A DNA stretch of 63,322 nt, filler included, from Olpidium bornovanus S191 (GCA_017911155.1; 27 parts of 27 records of this genome joined end to end with filler, not necessarily neighbours in it), one strand, 5' to 3'; positions 48,641-60,532 are shown, counted from the whole stretch's first letter. Translations and numbers: made by a program. Notes: generated by a model not told the origin, from the letters alone.

Positions 48641-49646
48641 AGCCGAAACGGCCGCGGCAGCGAACGCGGCGGCAACGAACGCGGCGATGTCGGAAAAGGT
48701 TTCGCTCTGTCGCCCGCGGCCGAGCAGTGGGCGAGCCCTGCCGTAGACAAAAACCCCCCCTAACAACCACAGCAGCACTCCGTCGCTTTTCCTTGCGCAT
48801 AAACCTCCCGGAAGAATAATAAACAAACGGTTTGAGCCCACCCGCCTTCGGCTGCCTTGCGACCACGGCGCCTACGAACGGCGTCGGCGCGCTGTTGGCG
48901 GTAAAGCCGACGCCGCAGCGGATCGAGTTCGAGCGGCAGAGAAGGCAGGGTCGGCTTCGGGCCCGCAGGGGGCTCTGGGCGATCCGGTCGATAAGTGGGC
49001 GGCGTGTCGCACTCGGACCGACGTCGATAGCTCTACGACGCGGCCTCGAACTTCCCCACAGCCGGCGCTGCGCGAAAGTGAGAGAAAAACGAAAAACAGA
49101 GAGCAGCCGACGCTGCTTGACCCGTAGCGGCGGCCGGCGCCTCCGCTCGAACGGGACCGAAAGGGAATACGGCGCTCGAGCAAGCCCGATGGCTTTGGTT
49201 TATTTCGAAGCGGCTATGGTGGAGTTTGTTTTTCTTTTTTTTGGGGTGGTCCGTGCTACGTCTGACGCCGAGGTCTTTGCGTTGAGCGGAAAAAAAAAGG
49301 GGGTGGCAAAACCAAAACACTTCGATCAAACGGGCGGTGTCGCCGCACATGACCCCTGTAAGCAAAAGCAAAAGGCGGGCGCAAGCAAGCAAAATAATGC
49401 AAGAGAGCAACGGTGCAAAAGGGCGAAAAGATGCAAAGGAGTCGAAATCGAAGGGAAATCGAGGGGAAGTGGGGTTCGAAGCTAAGATAACCGAAGGCGG
49501 GGTCGATGTCCGCCGAGGCCATTTTGGGCGCCGACAACCGCCCCCTTCGCGCCAGAGCGCCGCCTAGGGCGAGGCGCGAATTAACCGTAGCCCCAAAATG
49601 GTGGCCCTTCTTCGCCCAGCGTCTCGCAGAGCCCTCGTGTCCTCCT

Positions 49647-49839
49647 TCACGCCCCACTTGACATGCCCCCTCTTCGGCGCTTTTTTTGGAGGCCCCCGTA
49701 GTCGCCGTCGTCGTCGCACGAGTCCGGTTGCGCTGCTGCTCCGCGGTCCCTCAGCTCCTTCGCCCGCTTCTCCTTCTTTGCTTTGGGCATTGCCGCTTTG
49801 TTCCCCCTTCGGACGCCGACGTTCTCTTCTTCCTTCTCT

Positions 49840-49875
<36 letters not shown>

Positions 49876-50144
49876 CCCTTTCTTTCGACGTGGTTCGGTC
49901 GATCCTCTTCAACACGTCGCCCAGAAATGGCGCCCGGAATCGGCAGGGTGATTCGCCCGCCCGGCGTCCTTGTACGGCTCTTCGGCGTCATTCCACGCTG
50001 TCGCCGGCTCGGCAGCCGAGTCTTTCGCTCCTTTGAGCTCCGGGTCGCCGCGCAGTTTGTTGACGAGGATGATTAGGTCGCGTCGATGCTGAAGCGCCGT
50101 CCGTCGCGTTCCCGGCGCAAGGTATTCGCGGTATCGGAACACCA
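49647..50144 (-). CDS. C-terminal exons of an unidentified protein with a basic tail
   Basis: VFRYREYLAPGTRRTALQHRRDLIILVNKLRGDPELK... followed by a K/R-rich NLS-like terminal stretch; 5'-partial. Confidence 0.4.
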
Positions 50145-50244
50145 NNNNNNNNNNNNNNNNNNNNNNNNNNNNNNNNNNNNNNNNNNNNTTAATTAATTAA
50201 NNNNNNNNNNNNNNNNNNNNNNNNNNNNNNNNNNNNNNNNNNNN

Positions 50245-52143
50245 CATGCCTCTGGCGGCGAAGCGCTTCCTTATCAATGCGTCAAGGACTAATTACTTTT
50301 TGTACCGTTGTTTTCCCGCTGCATTCGATGCGCGGACTTTTCTCTTTCCAGATCCTTCGACGTGCCACGACATCGGCTTCGTGCGCACTCTTTTTCCGGA
50401 TCTTCACGCTGAATGGGACGTTCAGCCAGAAGTCAGCCTCCCGCTTCACACCATTTCCCGCTTCCTGCTGGGCTGGCCATCATACTCCTTACCCCCGTTG
50501 AATGCAGGTACAGTGTCCGATGTGGCCAATGTTCAGTCGGTATTTGACTCGGTGCTGGACGTGCTTGTCGCCATGCCGGAATCGAAGGAGTTTGTGAAAA
50601 GGGGTGGTAGGATGGCGAAGAGGGACCAAAACGTCCGACCTAGGATACTGGTGTTCAATGACGTCGAGAGAATGACGGGTGCTGCAGAGGACACCACTCT
50701 TGTTGAAGCGCTTGTTCGTGCGGTGAAGCGGCAGAGGGCGTGAGTGCATCGAGTTATTTGGGGTCTTTCTGGAGTTTGAAATTCCTGCTCTTTGCTTACT
50801 TTATGATCCGGAATTACCAGACAAGGCGTTCCGGTCTGCATGGTAGCTCTTTACGCACCCTTTTCCAGTGATAATGCTACTGGCCAGCACGCGTTCCGAG
50901 GGTCCCCCTCCGCGGAACTGAACCGCAACAGCACCGTCAACAACAACTCTGTGGCGCTGAACCTCGTGGCGATGGAGGATTTAGACTTTCTCAGAGAGCG
51001 TCTTGTGTTCGGGACACACTTTTCGGCTCCAGTGGTTCTTCTTTCGCCAGCGACAAGTCTGACCCGGTATGGCTTCGAGGTTTCCGGCCAGCGGCTCTTG
51101 GCGCTTTGGGACGAGTGCACCGAAATGCGGCTGCGCCAAAGAAACTATGAGGTCAATGTCGCAAATCTGAGAGCGGCATGTCGCGCTCAGGGCGCCGACT
51201 TCATTTTGGAGGAAGTTGAGAAAAACTGGGTGAAGGAGGATGCAGCAAAAGTCGGGCCGAAGTCCGCCGCGCCTGCCGGCAATCCGCCGCCGGGCTCGGT
51301 GGAAGCAATGAAGAACAGGAAGTACGTCATCTATTCCATGTCAACGTGGGATGATGACGTTTCCCTATCACGAGTGAAGGCGCTCAAGTGGTTGGACGAC
51401 GTTATCCGGCACACGGGGGTACCACCCGAGGAGGTGACGCGGTGCCTGCACCTGCACATTCCGTTTCCGCACCGTGAGCAATCGACGGGCCAGCCGCAGA
51501 ATCTGGGCTACTCTTCCGGAGACAGATCGTTGTACTATGTTCAGGACTCACGCGACGCGCGCAAGCCGCAGCTTTTCGACCCGGCGACCACGGCGGAAAT
51601 CCGCGTACGAAAGAGCGCCCCCCAGTGGATTGCGGCCCGTTCTCTAGTGTCAACAGTTCGCGGGGAGTTCATAAAGTTTCTGTCAGAACACTTGCTCACC
51701 CCGTCGCAGACCCAGAAGCTCGCGGCCACAGCGGCGGGGATGGCATCCAAGCCCGCCATCGATGCGCTTGTTGAGGAGCTGTACGGCAAGGGAAACTCGA
51801 TGGCCGCTTCGACGACGGCTTTTGGGCAGAAAGCCGTGCGCCTCCCGCACCTCATCCACGCCTTCAAGCTGGTGCAAATCACGAGTCTCTCCCCTCTGCA
51901 ACTCCGCGCCGATGTCGAGGATGAGATGGCCCAATCTTCTGGAGGTGTGGACCCCGATGAGGAAGAGTTTTACGCGAACGGCGGGCATTCAACTTCGAAA
52001 GACCACGTATCCCCGGACGAGGACGCGCCTGGCGAGAGGAAACCCAAAGGCAGGGGGTCCTGGAAGGAGTACGCGGAATCCTCAGCGCGAGGTGGCATTG
52101 CCGGAGCCAGCAACAATGCGGACAAAATGGAAGCTATCATGGC
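50245..52143 (+). CDS. Conserved hypothetical protein, possibly the N-terminal half of a large fungal Msp1/ATAD1-related AAA ATPase; partial
   Basis: Two long protein-like ORFs joined by a GTGAGT...AG intron. PRILVFNDV and RQRNYEVNVANLR loosely resemble the pre-AAA region; no Walker A within the contig. Confidence 0.4.
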
Positions 52144-52311
52144 NNNNNNNNNNNNNNNNNNNNNNNNNNNNNNNNNNNNNNNNNNNNTTAATTAATTAAN
52201 NNNNNNNNNNNNNNNNNNNNNNNNNNNNNNNNNNNNNNNNNNNATCGGCGTGTTCTTCTTTTTTTGCTCCCCCCTCTTTCCCCAAAACCCCCCCCCCCCC
52301 CCCCACCCCCC

Positions 52312-52354
<43 letters not shown>

Positions 52355-54787
52355 GCGCGGGAGAGGGTGCCGTGTGTTTTTTTCCCAGTGTTTCGTCGCA
52401 AGCCGCGCTAAACAGCCGAAAGCGGCGCGGGCGACGAAGCAACAAGGCCCCCCCCCCCCCTCCCTCTTCCTGCCAGGGCGCGTGACCGAACCTTGGATCA
52501 CAACGGACTGCGCCATGCCTCCTTTTCCGCCGTTCGTTTCGCTGCTCCGTTTGCGGGCGGCGGCGGGGCCTGCGCGCGGGGAAAGGTGCGGCGGGGGGTG
52601 CGTTTGGTCCGGCCCGGGCACTGACCGCGCTGCCTGCGGCTGCAGCCGTCAGTCTGGGCTGCTGCTGGCCGTGGGTGGGTGAGCGGGGGGTTGTGGCGCG
52701 GTGCTTGCGCGGGGGAATCGGGGCGGTCGGGTCCGCGGGAGGAGGGGACGGGAAAAAGGCGTGCTTGAGTGTGGTTCTGGCGGCGAGCCATTCTCTCAAT
52801 TGGCAATATTCTCAATTGTAGAGCATCCCATTCTCTCCGGACAGGGAAATAACGTCCCGAGGTCGACCCTCTCGGTCGAACCCGCTGTCAGTTCTAACAG
52901 GTTCTGAGCCCAAACGTCCAACTCCCCGTCAAAGCAGATGGAGAACTTCGTGTGTCTCTCCTGTCCGCCGCAGAACCATGGAATGGAACTATGGAAGGTT
53001 CCCACGTACCTGTAGCGGAACACGCGCGATAGCGACATGGTCGACCGTGTTTCGTCGAGCCCGGGGCTCTGCCTGCCGCCGTCAACCCGCCCGTCACATT
53101 TGATTGCAATGCACGGGGCCTCGAGGCCAGTGTCCACGCCCCTGCGGCTTCAAACTGCCGCCGCGCTCACTTCCTGATCAACGACATGATCGTCCGGTTT
53201 GTCTGAGGTGTTTATCGAGGTCTGGAGGATGCTGCGGTACGATTGATGGACCTGCGAACCGCTGATCCGGCATTCTTCCGGGGTCTCGCGTCGTCATTTC
53301 ACGACATGCGCCGCGACTGTTCGCGCGCGTGGACCTGCCCGGAGGAGCATATGCTTCAAAGGGCGGTGGATATTGGTCCGTATCAAGGACAGCCGGCAAA
53401 CTACGCCGATGCCGCTCGTTGACCGGCAGCTCCTCGGCCAACCGCGCCGCAGCCGTCACAGGCGCCGGTAGCTCGTCGCCCGGCTGCTGATCCGGCTCAT
53501 GTGCCTGCACAGCTTCGCTCGTCGCGAACGATCGCGACCTGCGCCGCCGACGACGCCCGCATAGATCCGCGATGCATGTTGTGGCACACGCGTTCCCGGC
53601 GCGCCCCACTCGGCGATGAAGCCAATCGCGCAAGCCCCGGCCGTCGCTCGCACACCGCCGCCACGGCCCGCCCTGCGCTTCCGGCACAACCGACTGCCGC
53701 CCCTGCCCGCGCCCAACGCAACCATTGCGGCCGCATGGTCACGCCGCCGCGCTTTGTTGGCGCGTCCACCCCGAGCTCTGCCCCGTCGCTTCCCCTACCA
53801 TTCTTCCCCCTCCCCCCTCTTCCCCACCTCGCCTGCCAACGTGCGCCCCGCCGTTTGACATCGCGGTCGGCGCCGGTCAACTCGTTGTTCAATAGTTGCC
53901 TCTTTTAATAAAAACCTGCTTTTTAACGAAAATAATGCTCTTATTTCGTCCGCCGGCATCGAGCAAACCGGCCTTGCTCCGCTGGCTGATCTCTTTTCCA
54001 TCCATGGTAACTTCTTCAAAACGCTGAGCCCTCTGCCGACGATAAAGCGGATTGCTCCGTTACACCGCTTTCTTCGTCGTCGCCTGCCCTTCGGTGCCGC
54101 CGTCTTACATCAACCGTTCCGTCGATCATCGCTGGGCGCCATGGCCGAATTTTTCGTCGTACAAAAGGGTAGCCGCACCACGATGTTGCAAGAACGTGCC
54201 TCTCATACGTTCCAACCTACCGTATGGTCCCCCTCCGAAGGCAGCGGGTTGCACGCGCGGGAAAGGGTTTCTGTTTACGGTTGGTTTTGGTCTGGTGTGT
54301 GTAACAGTGTGGGGGAGAGAGGGGCATATTCTTGTATTACAACAACGACACTTCGATCCGATACCGCCCTCGACAGAGTGCTGGTCTTGGGACTGCCCGA
54401 AAGCGACAACGCAGTTGTCTCCTTGCCGCCTCGCCTCCGTTGTTCGCGCGTTTGTGCCAAGCCACGCTTCCATCGATTGCGCATACCGCGAATGCTTACG
54501 CATACAGCTTACCGTTTGCTAACAGTGGCGGACTCAAGGGCCGAACACGTTCCTTGTTCTCCGCTACCGATCAAAAATCACCTCTCGCATGNNNNNNNNN
54601 NNNNNNNNNNNNNNNNNNNNNNNNNNNNNNNNNNNTTAATTAATTAANNNNNNNNNNNNNNNNNNNNNNNNNNNNNNNNNNNNNNNNNNNNCATGATCAG
54701 GTGATCATTTGGGCTGACTGGAGCGATGTCGACTGTAACAAGATCGAGCCGGCATCTGGCTTACGAAGAATAGGTTCCGCTACCTTC

Positions 54788-54923
54788 TCGTTTCCTTCTC
54801 GTATGGCGAGTTTAAATTCAGCAGGGTTCTGCAAGGCTTCAACTTGTTTGCCTACTCGTTTCCTTCTCGTATGGCGAGTTTAAATTTAGCAGGGTTCTGC
54901 AAGGCTTCAACTTGTTTGCCTAC
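54788..54923. repeat. 68-bp tandem duplication (one mismatch)
   Basis: TCGTTTCCTTCTCGTATGGCG...TTTGCCTAC occurs at 54788 and 54856. Confidence 0.95.
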
Positions 54924-55212
54924 ATATTTGATACCTCAAGTCTGCCACAAAGGACTTCCCTTCAAGAGTATTCCTTCCTTGTGCAGTTTATGTGACCCGA
55001 GATCGTCTGCGGCGCGCGTTGCTTCGCAAGGTTAGGCGCTGACGTGTACTTCAAAGAGCGCGATTTGTTAGTGAATTGGCTCTCTCCGGTACTACTCCCC
55101 GTTGTTTGTCTATTTGCACAAGTTTCTACGACGTAAAAAAATATGTACACTATAAATGATCGCGTACCTTGTCTAATAAAAAGAAAATAAAAAAGGAATT
55201 CCGGGGATGGTG

Positions 55213-56547
55213 TTACGCCTTTCCGCCGGCCTCCAAGTTCCTCCATTCCGCAGGGTAGAACTCGTCGTTCAGGATGCTGATGTCCATCGCGCCTTCCGGG
55301 TCGGCCCCGCGCTCGGCGTCGAAGACGCCGTTGTTCCACTCGCAGGAAAACCCGTTTAGCCTCATAATTATGGTGAGGGCCGCCTGGTCCTGGCGATGGT
55401 TGGCGCGGCTGGACCCCTCGGGCGCAATGCACGCCTTCTTGAACGCGCAGGCACGCCAGCGACGCGCGACGGTCGCGACGGCCCGCGCGTGGTTGCCGTT
55501 GAAGCCCACCATGGCGCCGTTGCAGTTTCCGGCGCCCAGTAGGCCCGCAGGCACCTTGAGGTATTCGAGGGTGCCCGCGTGCGTCCAACTGAAGACGAAA
55601 ACGGAAACCGTTCATTGTCGTCAGCAAACACACTCGCGCCCACGCACACGCACACACCAATAAAGGAGACAAAAACCAAAAAAAAACCAAAAAAGCGAGG
55701 TGCCCTGGAACAGAAAAGAGCGCGGGAAACGAAGGGACAGAAACGTAAGATAAAAAAAAAACAAAACGCACGTTCTGATTTCTCCCGGGGTCCGCGAAGA
55801 ATAAGCGCCTGCCGCCGCGATGTCGTTCCACGTCCGGTCGAGCGGCCTCCTGATCAGGTTGCCGGAATCGAGCCAAAGCACGAGGCCGCCGAATTCCTGG
55901 AGAACGTTAAAAACAATGACCGGCTTCCAGGCGTACTCGCCACGGGTGTCTCCAGCGAGACGGAAGTAATCCGGGAAATCAGCGAAATTGAAGGTCCTGC
56001 GGGGCGCGGGTTGCAGAAATACATTGGGGAAGATGGAAAGTAAGCCTTCGGCAAAGAAAACGCGTGGCGAGTTTCGCGGCAACAAGCACCGTTAGTGCTC
56101 AAAATTTACCTGAGCTGCACGTTCTGCCAGGAAGTAATGTTCTGCCGAAGTCTTTCGGTGAGGCCCAGGTCGTAGACAACAACTTGGGTTTTTGGCTCGT
56201 GCGTCTTGATGCGATTGAGGAGCTGCAATAGCGCAACGAAGTGGTTTTTGCTGACGGCGCTGACAATTGTCTTATTTCCGCGGAAATCCCGCGGGAGGTC
56301 AACTTTTCGGTCGGCGCCCGCCGGCTTCCGGCGGTCGCTGATATAGTTTTCGTAACGGATAACCAAGCGCTGGTAGGCGAGAGCGTCCTCGGAGGTCGCC
56401 TTCTCGGAAGGCAACGGGACGATCCGCCGAGAGGACACCGGGTAGTGCCCGCACTTGTAACCTGCGGTGACGGCTCCGCGCAAGCAGAGCTCGGGAACGT
56501 CCCAGGAGGTGGGCGTCGGGTAGACGTCGTCGAAGGCGTACTCCATG
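55213..56547 (-). CDS. DUF1647-like putative glycosyltransferase, three exons, probably 5'-partial
   Basis: IVSAVSKNHF..LLQLL..IK..EP...VVYDLGL / YAWKPVIV..VLQEFG..VLWLDSG / NCNGAMVGF...WRACA....CIAPEGS...NHRQDQAALTII. Confidence 0.75.
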
Positions 56548-56850
56548 NNNNNNNNNNNNNNNNNNNNNNNNNNNNNNNNNNNNNNNNNNNNTTAATTAAT
56601 TAANNNNNNNNNNNNNNNNNNNNNNNNNNNNNNNNNNNNNNNNNNNNCCACCCCGCCCCAGTCCCCAGACCCCAGTACCCACACACACACGCACACACGC
56701 ACACCGGCCGTGGCCTCAAAAAGGTGAATTGCGCGCGGCCCCCTGACAGGATTTTCTTGCGCGCAAAAAAACAAAAAGACGGCGAGGGATGGGGAGGAAT
56801 GGGGGCCGCGGATTTGGCAAAATCCAAAACAAAAAAAAACATCCATTTAC

Positions 56851-58484
56851 CACGGTTATCCACAATAGCGCGATGGCGAGCGCCAAAGAGGGCGCAAAGG
56901 TGACAGGCAGCACGTTTTTCGAGGCGCATTTCGCGGTCCACGTCTGGTCCGCGACGGACAGCGGGAGTAGTGTAGTAGGCGCATGGGTGGGCCACTCGCC
57001 GTCTTCCCTTCCAATCAGGACGGTCCCGTCCGGCGCCACGATCTGCATTGCCGCTCCAGCTTCCCGCAAGTACGGTTCCATGTAGCCGATAATTCTTTTC
57101 AACGGAACAATTCCTTTAAAAAAATCCCCCAAAGAAAAGACGCAATGTGAAAAATCCTGTCGCAGGCGCGCGCGCGGCGCGGCCCTTCCCTCTAACCTTC
57201 TACGATGCCATCGGCGAGGCGAGAGTCGCTTGCGGCGGAGGAGGAGGAAGAGGCGGAGGCGGAGGAGGAAGGGGCTTCGCCGTCGCTGTCGCCGCCGTAA
57301 TAGCGGACGATCGCGCTAACGTTTGAAAAGTAAACCGGCATCACGATCGACAATGCGGTCTTCTCCTTGGCGAACGAGGTCGCCACCGGCCTGATGACAG
57401 CGGCCGTCGTGACGCTTTTCAGGACGGCTTTGCGGACAGTGCCGTTTCGGGTTTCGTGGTTCCACGTGTCGCCGTCTGCTTTTTATTTATTATTATTATT
57501 TTGTTTTTTGGTGGTTTTGGTTTTTTTGGTTTTTTTTTTGTTAAAAAAAATCGCGAAACAAGGGGGAAAGGAAGGAGACGCGGATCTTGTCACTCAAAAC
57601 AAAAAAAGGGGGCGAGGCCAGGGAGAAAGAAGTTGGAAGGCCCCGAACTGAGCCGCGGGTGCGCGATCGCGCAAAATCGTACACGCAAAAATAAAGTGTT
57701 GGGTCGCGGGGAGGGGTGCGGCGGGGTCCCACGTACTCAAGACGGCTTTGTTCACCGCGGGGTAGGCGTACTGGATCGGATAGTAGAACAATCCGGGCCC
57801 CGCGCTTGTCTGGTTCGCTGGGCTCTGGTGGATGGCGCCGAACTGCTGTTCGTAGGCGGACCTGTCCCGCGCGTTCACCCTCGGGGCGAAAAGGACGTGG
57901 ACGAAGTCGTGGCGGCGGTCGTCGGCGGCCCTGGCCCAATTTTCAAACGCGGAGGCCGTCGGGCCGGTCCCCACCCCGCCGCCGCCGTCTATGAACAGGA
58001 CCGTCGACGACCACAGGTTGTCGAGGACTTCCTGTATCTTGCACTGGAACTGGAACTGGAGTTGGCCGCACACCCGCTCGATCCTGGCCTCGTCGGCCTG
58101 CACCTCGACGTGCAGGACCGCGAAGAAGACGGCCGCGGCGACGGCGATCCCCACGGCCGCGAGGGCCGCGGCGATCTTCGACAGCCTGCTGCCGTCCTTG
58201 CTGTTGTTGCAGTTACTGCCGCTGTTGCTGTTGCGCTGCTGCTCGTGCTGCCCCGTCGCCGGCTCCGCCGCCGCCGAGGGCCGGCCCCACCGGCGGCGGC
58301 GGCAGCACCAGAAACGGCAGCAACGGCGCCGATTGTGCTTCGAGCGCGCCGCCAACGGCTGTGCCGACGACGACGAGCCGACGCCGCCGCCGACGACGCT
58401 CGGGAGCAGCAGCGCTGTCTTCGCCGTCGTCCCGATCAGCAAGCCTGCGCAGTCGGCGGCGGTTGCGAGGGCCCACCCCTCCAT
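56851..58484 (-). CDS. TM-CHASE-TM sensor protein (N-terminal part of a CHASE histidine kinase or cyclase), three exons, 3'-partial
   Basis: TM1 IAAALAAVGIAVAAAVFFAVL; CHASE-like FENWA..., APRVNARDRSAYEQQ, YYPIQYAYP...N.AVL|NGD.....R...VRKAV......RPV......ALSIVMPVY; ...VADQTWTAKC; TM2 LALAIALLWITV. Exons 57737-58484, ~57197-57476 and 56851-57113 have canonical GT-AG junctions. Confidence 0.75.
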
Positions 58485-59055
58485 TGAGACGGAGGCGGCG
58501 GCGGGCGAATGAAATGGGGCGGCTGCGGCGGCGGCGAGCGAGCCTTCCGGGAGAGAGAGAAATAAAAGAGAGAGAGAGAGAGAAAGAGAAGTGCGCGCAA
58601 CATGCGGTAGCCCACAGCGGGGATGTAAGGTGTGGATACGTGTTCATTTGCCAGTTCGTGCCGGGGGGTGGAAAGAGAGGAGAGATAATTGAGAATAATT
58701 TTCTTTTTCATCACGCCCCTCTCGCGCGTTGTGTGTGCTGTGATAAATGTGCGAATTAGCAAGTGCGGTGTGCGTGTACACCAACCTGTAGAATAAAGGG
58801 GGGGCGCTCAGCCGTAGACGCACTGTGCACACCAGCCCGCGTTACCCCTGCGTAGATTCCTTAGTCGCCGCCATTAAAATAGGGTCAAGGGAAACTAGTA
58901 AACAAACGCCCCGAATACATTTCTTCCCTTCCCGTTTCTTACGGACTCGTGGCGTTCTCTGCGTCTGCGCATCTTTTGGCTTGAGGTTATGAGCCCAAGG
59001 GGACTGCCCTGACCACGAACGCAGAGCTTACCGCCAAAGAAGAAAAGCAGAAGAG

Positions 59056-59135
59056 CCCTTGCCGTCCGTCGGCAACTGCGCGAAAACCCTTTGCCGTCTG
59101 TCGGCAACTGCGCGAAAAGCCCTCACCTTCCGCCA
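59056..59135 (+). repeat. 31-32-bp direct repeats, each with a TTGCCG-N5-CGGCAA hairpin
   Basis: CCCTTGCCGTCCGTCGGCAACTGCGCGAAAA x2 plus a partial third copy. Confidence 0.85.
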
Positions 59136-59601
59136 TCTGTTGGTGTCCACGATAGGCAAGGCACCGTGAGTGCAAATCGCGATTTCTTCCTGGTCCGCAG
59201 AACCGGGAGAAGAGAAGAGAAGGAACGACCGACGCGGCCGCAGCAACCGTGGTTTGGCCGAATTGCTATGGCCGGTGAACTTGGGGGCACGCCATAGGAA
59301 GGTAAAGCCTTCTTCACCCCCGAACGTGAAAGGGGAATGTTCCGTGATGCCACCAAACCCGGTGCGCTAAGCCCCTCAAGAGAGTCCATATTGTCCAACG
59401 CATCCCGAATGACGGGACTGTCGGAGAAGTTGAGAAGAATAGTTGACTCCGTTCTGCTATGATGAGAACAAGCAAAGGAAGATAAGTAGCAGCGGGAGCG
59501 TGAAAACGCTGACGCGGCAATGGCCGCCTTACGTGACAGGGTGGCCTCCCTCCAAAGGGAAAAGATCCTGTAATTATATCTGACAGAACTTTAGCTTTTG
59601 C

Positions 59602-59793
59602 TTAGTCGCTTTCATCGAGTACTATAAGTGTGCTAAATTTCAAAATCTTCCCACATTGATCCGTTTTGCTGGTGGCAAGTGATCAGGTTTGGGGTCATTA
59701 GTCGCTTTCATCGAGTACTATAAGTGTGCTAAATTTCAAAATCTTCCCACATTGATCCGTTTTGCTGGTGGCAAGTGATCAGGTTTGGGGTCA
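59602..59793. repeat. Perfect 96-bp tandem duplication, nested in a divergent ~195-bp duplication extending to ~60058
   Basis: TTAGTCGCTTTC...GGGGTCA occurs at 59602 and 59698, with a diverged copy from ~59900. Confidence 0.93.
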
Positions 59794-60060
59794 AGTGAAT
59801 ACTATTAGTACTATTTTCGTGTTTTTCTTTTTCGGGTGCTGCGTTCTCATCATCCTGTGATCGGATCTGGCAGTGCTTTGGCTCATTGGAAAGCCCGCGT
59901 TGAGTACTATAATTGTGCCAAGTTTTAAAATTTTACGTTTTGGTCTTGCTTGCTGGTGGCAAGCGATCAGGTTTGAGTAGTAGTGAATACTATTGGTACT
60001 GCACTCACGTTTTGTTAGGGAATGCGTTCTCAGCATCCTGTGATCAGATCTGGCAGCGTG

Positions 60061-60440
60061 GGGCCGGCGGCCACGCCCGGTGTGCCCGGCGTGCCCGGCG
60101 GCGGCGCCCGGTGTGCCCGGCGGCGGCGCCCTGTGTGCCCGGCGGCGGCGCCCTGTGTGCCCGGCGGCGGCGCCCGGTGTGCCCGGCCCCACCGGGCGCG
60201 ACCATGCCACAAAGTTGCTCGCCTTCAGTTCTCCGGCCCCCCCCCCCAACAAATCCAAAAAAACAAACACCTCGGAAACCCCGAAAACCCCGAAAACCCC
60301 GCCCCGGCCGGCTGCACCCCGGTGCCCGCCCGCTGCGGCCCGGTGACCACCCGTCGCCCGTCGCGCCCGGTGACCGCCCGTCGCGGCCCGGTGACCGCCC
60401 GTCGCGGCCCGGTGACCGCCCGTCGCGCCGCCTTCGGCCG
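60061..60440 (+). repeat. GC-rich 21-22-bp minisatellite arrays (CCCGGTGTGCCCGGCGGCGGCG)n and (CCCGGTGACCGCCCGTCGCGG)n
   Basis: Two arrays (60061-60200 and 60335-60430) flank a spacer containing (CCCCGAAAA)n. Confidence 0.9.
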
Positions 60441-60532
60441 CCCCGCCGCGCCCTGGTGCCCGCCCGTCGCGCCCCCTCCGGCCGCCCAGCTCCCGCCGAA
60501 GCGCCATCCGAGCTGTGGACTTTACCACAGGT

